Shown here piece after piece: positions 1 to 8,264 of a stretch of DNA of 22,456 nucleotides; positions within the stretch are counted from its first letter, which is position 1; each line of letters starts with the position of its first letter. Location of the stretch: assembly GCA_965612795.1 (NCBI GenBank), contig CBFDTI010000014.1:1-22456 (forward strand), given 5' to 3'. Both the position numbers and the translations under genes were made by a program. Origin of the DNA: an uncultured bacterium. GTDB lineage: Bacteria > Hydrothermota > UBA3073 > NMUJ01. The notes beneath the pieces were generated by a model that searched no databases, had not been told where the DNA came from, and saw nothing but the letters and a program-made list of their open reading frames with translations.

Positions 1-84
1 GTTACGACTACCACGGATGCAACCTTACTCGCTATCGTGACACCGAGGATACTGGAGTTTGGTGAGCTACCCGAGGGCAAATAA
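1..84 (+). CDS. 3' end of an upstream gene (partial), possibly a secretin (PilQ/GspD family) C-terminus
   Basis: Frame 1 is open from base 1 to TAA at 82-84: VTTTTDATLLAIVTPRILEFGELPEGK*. LLAIVTPRIL resembles the secretin terminal motif (ELLIFITPRII). Only 27 residues are visible. Confidence 0.4.
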   Translation, partial: VTTTTDATLLAIVTPRILEFGELPEGK

Positions 85-94
85 TAACCCAACC

Positions 95-1723
95 GTGAAA
101 TATTTTGAACTCCATGGCAGTATCGTTGATGTACTGAACTCCACGATATATCCAGGTACATTAAAAATCTGCAATGGTAGGATAGCAACCATCACACGTG
201 AACACAAGCATTATGATACCTATATCATACCGGGGTTTGTTGATGCACACGTACATATTGAGAGTGCGATGCTCACACCGTCGGAATTTGCACGTATCGC
301 TGCAGTACACGGTACGGTAGCTACAATCTCGGATGTACACGAGATAGCCAATATCTTAGGTATAGATGGTATCAAATATATGATAGAGGATGCAAGTCGT
401 GTAACATTTAAATTCTATTTTGGTGCACCCCCATGTGTACCAGCATCCGCGTTCGAAACCGCTGGCGCATCGATAGGTGTGAAAGAGATAGAGGAGCTGC
501 TGAGATTGGATAGGATAAAATGTTTGGCTGAGGTTATGAACTTCACCGCAGTTGTGGATAACGATCCCATCATTATGGAGAAGCTTCGTATCGCAAAGAG
601 ATATTCTAAACCAGTAGATGGTCATGCACCTGGGTTACGTGGTGAACCATTGAAGAAATACGTACGTGCGGGTATATCCACCGACCATGAATGTACCACT
701 GTAGATGAAGCGCTGGAGAAACTCAGCTTAGGTATGAAGATACAGATACGTGAAGGTTCAGCTGCTAAGAATTTCGATACGCTCATCTCGATTATAGATA
801 AACATTATACAGATTGTATGTTCTGTAGCGATGACAAACATCCACACGACCTTATGAAAGGTCACATAAATGAGTTAGTCACCCGCGCATTAGTTTATGG
901 GTTAGATCTGATGAAAGTGCTAAGGGTTGCCTGCGTAAACCCTGTCCTACACTATAAACTGGATGTTGGGTTATTACAGGTGGGCGATCCTGCCGACTTC
1001 CTGGTGATAGATAACGTACGGGATTTCAACATATTAAAAACCTATATCAATGGCGAGCTTGTCGCCGAAACAGGTAACCCACTCATACCCAGGGTGATGC
1101 CAACGATTGTGAATAACTTCAATACCAGCAAAAAGAAGCCCCATGATTTCGCCATCTCCTATAGAGGGAGTAAGCTCAACGTTATTGAAGTCATTGATGG
1201 CCAGCTGCTAACTAATTGGCTGGTTGTACCACCGAAAGTTGTCAATGGTTACGTTGTACCAGATGTCGAACGCGATATACTCAAAATAGTTGTCGTTAAT
1301 CGCTACAAGGATACAACCCCATCTGTAGGGTTTGTCAAAGGGTTTGGCCTCAAACATGGTGCTATTGCATCAAGTGTAGCACATGATTCGCACAACATCG
1401 TAGCAGTTGGAGTAACCGACGAATCCATATGTAAAGCGGTTAACCTAATCGTCGACCATAAGGGTGGCATATGTGCTGTATCTAAAGACATAGAGGCAAT
1501 TTTACCATTACCCATAGCTGGTATAATGAGTGATGCTGATTACTCGGAAGTCACACACCGGTACGTTGAGCTGGATAGGATCGCCAAATCGCTTGGCTCA
1601 CAACTGCATGCACCGTTTATGACGCTATCGTTTATGACGTTACCTGTTATACCCAAACTAAAACTCACCGATAAAGGGCTATTCGACGTAGAGAAACACG
1701 AATTTATCAATATTTTAGCATAA
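95..1723 (+). CDS. ade: Adenine deaminase (amidohydrolase superfamily)
   Basis: PGFVDAHVHIES metal motif, DGHAPGL, STDHE, IREGSAAKN, FCSDD, SSVAHDSHN and LPLPIAGIMS motifs. GTG at 95 is preferred over TTG at 59 because the upstream ORF stops at 84. Confidence 0.95.
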   Translation: MKYFELHGSIVDVLNSTIYPGTLKICNGRIATITREHKHYDTYIIPGFVDAHVHIESAMLTPSEFARIAAVHGTVATISDVHEIANILGIDGIKYMIEDASRVTFKFYFGAPPCVPASAFETAGASIGVKEIEELLRLDRIKCLAEVMNFTAVVDNDPIIMEKLRIAKRYSKPVDGHAPGLRGEPLKKYVRAGISTDHECTTVDEALEKLSLGMKIQIREGSAAKNFDTLISIIDKHYTDCMFCSDDKHPHDLMKGHINELVTRALVYGLDLMKVLRVACVNPVLHYKLDVGLLQVGDPADFLVIDNVRDFNILKTYINGELVAETGNPLIPRVMPTIVNNFNTSKKKPHDFAISYRGSKLNVIEVIDGQLLTNWLVVPPKVVNGYVVPDVERDILKIVVVNRYKDTTPSVGFVKGFGLKHGAIASSVAHDSHNIVAVGVTDESICKAVNLIVDHKGGICAVSKDIEAILPLPIAGIMSDADYSEVTHRYVELDRIAKSLGSQLHAPFMTLSFMTLPVIPKLKLTDKGLFDVEKHEFINILA

Positions 1724-1746
1724 TACGGGCGGTTGCCCGCCCGTAT
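1723..1746. terminator. Probable bidirectional intrinsic terminator hairpin between convergent genes
   Basis: Perfect 10-bp stem ATACGGGCGG-ttgc-CCGCCCGTAT between the stops at 1723 (+) and 1753 (-). No long U-tract. Confidence 0.7.
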
Positions 1747-1752
1747 AGTGTG

Positions 1753-4596
1753 CTACTGTGCGATTTTGATCACCTTCGTCGTAATATTGTCCAGCTTCAA
1801 GAAGTACACGCCTGGTGTCACGTTGGGTTTCCACCGTACGGTATGTGTGCCAGGTGTGAGTTTGCCCAGCTTCATGCTCGCCTGTAACCTGCCCATCACA
1901 TCATAAAGTTTGAGCTCCGCTTCCGTTTCCTTATCCACAACATATCGGATGCTGAGTGCATCATGAAATACTGTGGGATATACAGTTAGCCTATCCGTGC
2001 TTATGGGGTGGGTCTCCTCCACACCCGTTGTCACACTAAACCTATACACGTTACCTTCACACGGTACTTTGTGACCTGCAGCATCCACCGCCCATATATC
2101 GCCATCACCTGGCGGTATGGTCATCTCACCGTACTTGTTGAACCAGAACACTGTACTTGCAAGGTATATCTTCTTATCCTGTGTGGGGTCGAGGTATCGC
2201 GCATGCCTGCTGCCAATGTACCAACCCGTACCGCCATCTGGATTGTATGGCACCTCTACACCGTTATCGATATCGTATATTTTCAACGTAAGTGAATCCA
2301 CAGTGGTATCTATCACCCAATGCATCTCGTAAGCTGAACCACGCCATGCCCATCTATGTATGTAAGGTGGATGCGCCATACCCAATGTATCCTGGCCATG
2401 TATCAACAGCTGACCATCGTATCCGCTTAGATTCTGTACCGTACGGAAGCTATAAAACGTATACGTGGATGCATCTATCTGTACATCAAACTCAAGCACA
2501 AACCCATGCACCTGTGGCGAATAGTGTATGTGAAGTGTACCATCGAGTGGCGGTTTGATTGTATCCACCAATATCGTATCATCCAGCTGATGATCGTACA
2601 GCTTGTAGATGTAGATTGGCTCCCTACCTATCCGCTGAATGGGTTGGAATATCACATCATACGTATGGTTACGTAGCTCTGCCGGGTTGTATTCTAACGG
2701 CAATATCGTCACTGTGTTACATGCACCACTTATGTGTTCAGGTATATCGAGCACAAAGTGGTCGTTCACCACCTCAATCCATCCCGTAGATGTGTCAGCT
2801 GCAAACGTATCCGCATCGTATGCAAGCACTTTCACTCTGTACTCACCGTTGTTGGTCAATTTCGTATTCCATAGATAGCTACCGGTGTTGGGTAACCCAG
2901 CTGCGAGTAGCTCCCACTCACCATATGTATCACCGAGGTATATGTCAACCGTTAACATATCGCCGTCGGGGTCACCCGCGTACCAGGTTATCCTCACCGT
3001 ATCCTGTACCCTACCCTTTTGTGGCGCTATCAACACCACATCCGGTATGCCATTACCGGGGTTGTTCACAACAAACGTCGTATCGGATATGTCTTCACCC
3101 ACACATACCGTATCGTATGCGGTTACCCTTATCCTGTATCTTGTACCATCGGGTACATCCAGCGTATTCCACGTAAATTCATGTAGGTCAACCGTATCCG
3201 CTATCACGTGCCAGGTTTCACCATTATCTCGTGACCACGCTATCTTCACCCGCATAGGTGCCCCTATAGCGCTACTATCCTCCCATGTGATGTTCACGTC
3301 ACCGGATACTTCCTCACCACCGTTCGGATACGTAACGTGTACCCAATTCGTGAGGAACCCCACATCGTACAGCGCCTGTGCACGTGTATCATTATCCAAA
3401 AAGTCGTCCATATCACCGCCAGCGCCACCACATATTACCGCGATGACGATTTTGGCTGTATCGTAAGGTTCAAGTTCAAACGGGCCGGTTGATTGCAGGA
3501 ACCGCACATCGGTTGGTGTCTCTATGGAATCCACTGGATGATAGATATTAAGTGAATGCGAGTATCCAGCTAACACCATATAAGTTTCGTCGTCGTTGGA
3601 CGGATCTGGATCGCCCGGCCCTGGTACGCCTGGGTTACGTAATATCTTGAATGCGGTCAACCCGATACGGTTGCCGAGACTATCTCTTGGGCTTTCGAGA
3701 AAGTCGTACCCTATGAAGCCCGGTGGTGTTGTCCAGCCCGGTTCGTAGAAGTCTGAATCGTATGCATAACCGAGGTCACGCTCAAGTGCTGCACCAACTA
3801 GGTCATCAACGTAATTACCGATATCTGCGTCACACAGTGCACCAAGGTAACAGTGATCCAACGTGTATGGGTTGATGTTTACCACCTTAAACGTGAGGAA
3901 TACGAAATCCTCGTACTGCTCGATCGACCATGCATAACCTATCTGTATGATTTTAATACCAATCCGCCTATCCGTGGTATCGTCGTCGTTGTAGATACAG
4001 TAGCTGTCTTGATTCGACACTATGGGTTCACCTGGCCAACCTACCGTATCGATTGTCGACCAGTATATGCGGTCGGTAGTATCTGTAAACCCAGGTTCGT
4101 TAGGTAAATCACCGGGATAGAACTCGCTCGCTGCACTGCTGGGATTATATCCCATACGTGTCTTAGGTATACGTTCGATCACTATTGTGCCCGCATCGTA
4201 AGCACCAGTATCAGTTTTGGCAAACCCTCTCAAACAATGTAGGAACGACGTGTCAGTTTTCTCAGTGTAGTGGATGAACTCATCCCCTATCTGTATGACA
4301 CCACGATCGGCAAACCCCTCTGTAGAGCTTACATAGACTATTGTGTCACCCACCCCAAGTGGTTGCGTCAACTCCGTGGTATCGTCACCATACACAAGTG
4401 TACCAAACCATATGCCTGCACCAAATATATAATGTTGACCGCTACCTGCTGGCCATATGCCTGCATTTTCAAACCCTATCCTACCGTAATTGGTGATCTT
4501 CAAGTATAGTTTACCCACATCGTGTGCACCTTCATCCCATATAGCGGATAACATTAGAGGTAAAATGAACCCCAGCACACAAATATAGCGTTTCAT
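1753..4596 (-). CDS. Large secreted protein with two Ig-like repeats and a T9SS type A C-terminal sorting domain
   Basis: ATG at 4596 with GGAGG RBS (4601-4605) and signal peptide MKRYICVLGFILPLMLSA. Tandem PNGGE...TWNT...YRIRVTAYD-type repeats. C-terminus LTVYPTVF...LKLYDVMGR...GVYFLKL...KVIK. Confidence 0.8.
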   Translation of the reverse strand: MKRYICVLGFILPLMLSAIWDEGAHDVGKLYLKITNYGRIGFENAGIWPAGSGQHYIFGAGIWFGTLVYGDDTTELTQPLGVGDTIVYVSSTEGFADRGVIQIGDEFIHYTEKTDTSFLHCLRGFAKTDTGAYDAGTIVIERIPKTRMGYNPSSAASEFYPGDLPNEPGFTDTTDRIYWSTIDTVGWPGEPIVSNQDSYCIYNDDDTTDRRIGIKIIQIGYAWSIEQYEDFVFLTFKVVNINPYTLDHCYLGALCDADIGNYVDDLVGAALERDLGYAYDSDFYEPGWTTPPGFIGYDFLESPRDSLGNRIGLTAFKILRNPGVPGPGDPDPSNDDETYMVLAGYSHSLNIYHPVDSIETPTDVRFLQSTGPFELEPYDTAKIVIAVICGGAGGDMDDFLDNDTRAQALYDVGFLTNWVHVTYPNGGEEVSGDVNITWEDSSAIGAPMRVKIAWSRDNGETWHVIADTVDLHEFTWNTLDVPDGTRYRIRVTAYDTVCVGEDISDTTFVVNNPGNGIPDVVLIAPQKGRVQDTVRITWYAGDPDGDMLTVDIYLGDTYGEWELLAAGLPNTGSYLWNTKLTNNGEYRVKVLAYDADTFAADTSTGWIEVVNDHFVLDIPEHISGACNTVTILPLEYNPAELRNHTYDVIFQPIQRIGREPIYIYKLYDHQLDDTILVDTIKPPLDGTLHIHYSPQVHGFVLEFDVQIDASTYTFYSFRTVQNLSGYDGQLLIHGQDTLGMAHPPYIHRWAWRGSAYEMHWVIDTTVDSLTLKIYDIDNGVEVPYNPDGGTGWYIGSRHARYLDPTQDKKIYLASTVFWFNKYGEMTIPPGDGDIWAVDAAGHKVPCEGNVYRFSVTTGVEETHPISTDRLTVYPTVFHDALSIRYVVDKETEAELKLYDVMGRLQASMKLGKLTPGTHTVRWKPNVTPGVYFLKLDNITTKVIKIAQ

Positions 4597-4597
4597 G

Positions 4598-6748
4598 TTA
4601 CCTCCCAAGTTTTACCCACTTATATGTGGTTAGGTTATCACCCTGTTTTACATGTACAAAGTATATACCCGCAGATACGTTGGGTTGCCATAGATGATGG
4701 CCAGGCTGCGTAAATTCTCGTGTAGCTACTGTCCTACCGGTAAGATCGTACAGCTTCAATGCTATTGGTTGCCTATGCTCTACTGCTATGCCTTTTGTCA
4801 ATATCCGTACGTTAAATTTGGGGTTACTGACCTGTTCAACCAGCATGGACTTGCTACTTAGCCGTACCTTGAGGTCCACCCCATACGTAGTGGATAGGCT
4901 TGACCTATTCGATAACACGATGTACCAATCACTCTCATAAGGTGCAGTGAAGCTAAGTGTCTCCGCAGGCAAGTTATCACCAATATAGTAAGCTACGGCT
5001 ACCCCTCCTTCTACATAGGCTTCGTAGCCCAGTGAATCAAATATGTACATGTCGATGGTACCACCATCCTCTTCTTCCGAATATGTATGTTGGATAGGGT
5101 TAGCATCACCCGTGTTGCGTCTACCCCATGCATACCCATGTAATATCTTATACGGTACGGTTAGCTCAATATCTACAGCGTAGGGGTTGGTTGTATCAGT
5201 AGGTGCACCTGCAGGTACCACACGTACAAACGGCACAATATACGGTAGATAGAGCGTCTTGTAGTAGTTACCACCCGTCTGTCCATAGTATATGATCTGC
5301 ATTATGGTATTCTCATCCGGATACGTACCCAATGGCGTACGTATCTGCAGATATATATTACGCAAGTTACCTACTGCAAATGCTGTCATACCCAATGGGT
5401 TGGTAAATTTCCAACAACTTATCGAGTATCCCCCGTAGTAGTATTCAGAATACAGCAACACACGTGCACCGTCCACTGGCATACCTCTTGCATCCAGCAC
5501 CTGCACATATAATGAACATGCGTTTGAATACCATGGTGTAACCGTTTCTGTTAATCCATCTGACCGCCACGCCATAACTGAGGATACCTGTTTGCTACCA
5601 CCCCAATCAACATCATATGCAGTACGCCAATCGTTCAGATGTACCACACCACCACCGCGATCTACCTGATATTCGTGCCAACCATAGCAGTAGAATGCGT
5701 TCCATACGTGATCCTCTGCTATGCTGAAATGTGCATCCACTGGTATAAGTGCCGTACGTGCAGCCGCCTGAAGTAGATCCTGTACCTCACCACAGTTACC
5801 GTTATGTTCATGTGCTATGACGTTTGGCTGTATGGGACGGTTACCCCATGCAAGTTCGGGTAGAGTATAAGATACCCATCTACCTACTGTGACGAGTGCG
5901 GGAGCGGTTGAATCAAACGGTGCCGAACTTCCGGGGTACACCTGTGCAGTATCGGTAACTTCCCACAGCACTTTTGTGTGTTTCAACACTTCCGAAAGCT
6001 TTGGATACCCGGAATCTGCTTCATTAAACAGGTAATCACGCCAGAACCTGTTGTAAACATATTCATCCATACGGGGTATCTCATCCGATAGCTCCGGATG
6101 TACAATGTAGTAATAATAGTATGGAAACGGTAGCTCGTAATCTATGGTATCGCCATCTACTACTATCTTATACCGTGTTGTGGTGTATTCCGGGTACTCT
6201 ACCAGCTCGACATATTGTAACGAATCGTCGTATGCATATATGAGTTCGGCGTTCACAACTATAAGCTCAGGATCGAATATCGAATCCGTAAGTATCTCCG
6301 CCCCTATGTGGGCAACCTGAAACGCTACCTCATCACGTAGCTGTGGATCCGCGTCGAGTATAATTAACGCGTATGTATCAGCGTATTCACCCAATCGCCT
6401 GAAGTTATCCTCCAGCGCATGCTGTAACCAGCTTGGTGATACATCTATCGCCTGTTGTGCAAGTGTTGATAAGGTTTCTGGTAGCTCAACCACTGATATG
6501 CCGGAGCTGTTGAACTTCAACACCACAGATTCGCCCTCAGGTATCTGTACATGAAGTGTGAGCGAATCCATCGGCTGTAGAATCAACCCCTCAGGTGCAA
6601 TATACATAAGTGTATCGTAAGGGACGGGTAGGACGAAACTTGCTTCGGGTTCGGCGGGACTATCGATGATTTGATAATCGCCGATCTCTGGTTCATACGT
6701 CATACCCGTAACATGGGTTAAAATGAACAACATGGCCCAAAAATTCAT
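4598..6748 (-). CDS. Secreted transglutaminase-like (Cys-His-Asp) protein with T9SS C-terminal sorting domain
   Basis: AGGGAGG RBS and short signal-like N-terminus. GNCGEVQDLLQAAARTALIP...EDHVWN...W..QVD transglutaminase core. C-terminus LKLYDLTGR...SAGIYFV...KWVKL. Confidence 0.75.
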   Translation of the reverse strand: MNFWAMLFILTHVTGMTYEPEIGDYQIIDSPAEPEASFVLPVPYDTLMYIAPEGLILQPMDSLTLHVQIPEGESVVLKFNSSGISVVELPETLSTLAQQAIDVSPSWLQHALEDNFRRLGEYADTYALIILDADPQLRDEVAFQVAHIGAEILTDSIFDPELIVVNAELIYAYDDSLQYVELVEYPEYTTTRYKIVVDGDTIDYELPFPYYYYYIVHPELSDEIPRMDEYVYNRFWRDYLFNEADSGYPKLSEVLKHTKVLWEVTDTAQVYPGSSAPFDSTAPALVTVGRWVSYTLPELAWGNRPIQPNVIAHEHNGNCGEVQDLLQAAARTALIPVDAHFSIAEDHVWNAFYCYGWHEYQVDRGGGVVHLNDWRTAYDVDWGGSKQVSSVMAWRSDGLTETVTPWYSNACSLYVQVLDARGMPVDGARVLLYSEYYYGGYSISCWKFTNPLGMTAFAVGNLRNIYLQIRTPLGTYPDENTIMQIIYYGQTGGNYYKTLYLPYIVPFVRVVPAGAPTDTTNPYAVDIELTVPYKILHGYAWGRRNTGDANPIQHTYSEEEDGGTIDMYIFDSLGYEAYVEGGVAVAYYIGDNLPAETLSFTAPYESDWYIVLSNRSSLSTTYGVDLKVRLSSKSMLVEQVSNPKFNVRILTKGIAVEHRQPIALKLYDLTGRTVATREFTQPGHHLWQPNVSAGIYFVHVKQGDNLTTYKWVKLGR

Positions 6749-6935
6749 AGTGCCTCCCTTTTATATTAAGATATGGATTCTTAACTTCTAATCAATAGGA
6801 TTATCGGATACCCTCATCTCCAAATATAGTAGGAAGGTCTAAAGATGCAAAATCACGGGTCCAATAAATGAAGGTAATCAACATGCTCCATGGTATGGTT
6901 GATGCCCCTTACACACACTATATATTAAACCCATC

Positions 6936-7895
6936 ATGAATCCTGTCTTGGTCACCACCGCACGTGTCTATAGAGGTTCACAATACGTGAGGATAAACGT
7001 CGAGAGTATTGATAATAAATTCTGTGATACGTTCGACCCCAGATGCATAAGATACTGGATAGATGTAGCACCTATCGAGTTGACGCAGTTTGACGATAGT
7101 GATAGGCTCAACTTCTTGTTTGTGTTTAATGCGATCAATTTCTGTTACTGGGGTGACCCCAAATGGGCTGTTGAATACAGAGGTGAACGCTACGATGGTG
7201 CATGGGGTATGATGGTAGCACTTAAACGTGCATTAGATGATGGTATCCCTATACTTGATGCAAAATACCTGTCAAACCTGACACATGGGGAGTTAGCAAC
7301 CATATTAAGAGGTGATGGTGAGCTCCCGTTGTTTGATGCAAGGTTGCAGATTTTGCGTGAGGTTGGTAATATACTGCACCGTAAATTTGGTGGCCGGTTC
7401 AGTAACGTGGTCAAGCTCGCAGCTGGTGATACGCTGAAGTTGCTCGATATTGTCACGCATGAGTTTCCGTCGTTTAACGACTTTGCGTCCTACAGAGGTT
7501 ATAAAGTATATTTTCACAAACGTGCACAATTGCTTATAGCCGATATATATAGGAGTTTTAAAGGTCAGGGGGTTGGTAACCTACACGGTATCGAGCAGCT
7601 CACCTGTTGTGCAGATTATAAGATACCACAGGTGTTACGTAAGCTCGGCATATTGGAATACGCAACGGAGCTGGCGGATAAGGTCGACAATAAGGTTATC
7701 ATACCACACGGTAGCACGGAAGAAATAGAAATACGTGCCAATACCATCTGGGCGGTGGAATTCATCAAAAGCAAGTTGAAATCCAAATCCGTGCAAATCG
7801 CGGCTATGGATATCGACTCATATCTGTGGCTGTTGGGGCAAAACAAATCGCCTACGGATAAACCGTACCACAGGACGTACACGATTTTCTATTGA
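6936..7895 (+). CDS. Queuosine salvage protein, Qng1/DUF2419 family (queuosine-nucleotide N-glycosylase/hydrolase)
   Basis: NAINFCYW, FPSFND, FHKRAQLLIADI, ADYKIPQVLRKLGIL, EIEIRA, IDSYLWLLGQ and the terminal PYHRTYTIFY are characteristic of DUF2419/C9orf64. Confidence 0.9.
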   Translation: MNPVLVTTARVYRGSQYVRINVESIDNKFCDTFDPRCIRYWIDVAPIELTQFDDSDRLNFLFVFNAINFCYWGDPKWAVEYRGERYDGAWGMMVALKRALDDGIPILDAKYLSNLTHGELATILRGDGELPLFDARLQILREVGNILHRKFGGRFSNVVKLAAGDTLKLLDIVTHEFPSFNDFASYRGYKVYFHKRAQLLIADIYRSFKGQGVGNLHGIEQLTCCADYKIPQVLRKLGILEYATELADKVDNKVIIPHGSTEEIEIRANTIWAVEFIKSKLKSKSVQIAAMDIDSYLWLLGQNKSPTDKPYHRTYTIFY

Positions 7896-7907
7896 CCTTA
7901 TAAGTAC

Positions 7908-8106
7908 TTACAAGTTGATTCTGTTAGTAAATGCGCGGTTTACCATATCGTAGAGGTACCGGGTATCAAGATAGGTTAGCATAACTTTGGTTGGTCTGCC
8001 TACCCTCAGCAAACGACCCGAATATTACAGCAAATATAACATCAGGATGGGTTGAAAGATATTCTCTGATGAGTTCTATTTTATCCGGTTTACGTTGTAC
8101 CGTCAT
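7908..8106 (-). pseudogene. Internally deleted minimal nucleotidyltransferase (MNT/Pol-beta-like) gene
   Basis: Not in the ORF track. ATG 8106 reads MTVQRKPDKIELIREYLSTHPDVIFAVIFGSFAEGRQTNQS, stopping just before the expected DxD, with a stop at 7966. A second frame reads TKVMLTYLDTRYLYDMVNRAFTNRINL* (stop 7908), resembling an MNT C-terminal helix. Confidence 0.65.
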
Positions 8107-8114
8107 GCTACTTG

Positions 8115-8141
8115 ATTATACTTTATGGTGAAGTCTGTCAA
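8115..8141 (-). promoter_or_regulatory. Sigma70-like promoter of the MNT remnant
   Basis: TTGACA (8141-8136) and TATAAT (8120-8115) on the minus strand, but the spacer is only 15 bp. ATG lies 8 nt after the -10 box. Confidence 0.4.
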
Positions 8142-8264
8142 CTATAACCATAGTTTTGGTTTATCCGCACTCTGCAATGTAATATCAAGCTATGTGAAAC
8201 TTGATTTTTTACCTGTTGGTTGCATACTATTAGGATGCTTTCAACCGAGCCAACAGGAGGTACC

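Noticed and set aside
2008..4509. Several + strand ORFs inside the large T9SS gene, and similar shadow ORFs within uvrA, gdh, tauE and mscS
   Set aside because: Antisense or out-of-frame shadows of well-supported genes, with no motifs.
6840..6935. preQ1 riboswitch upstream of the Qng1 gene
   Set aside because: Only a weak ATCAAC...GTTGAT hairpin; no preQ1 consensus stem-loop or A-rich tail.
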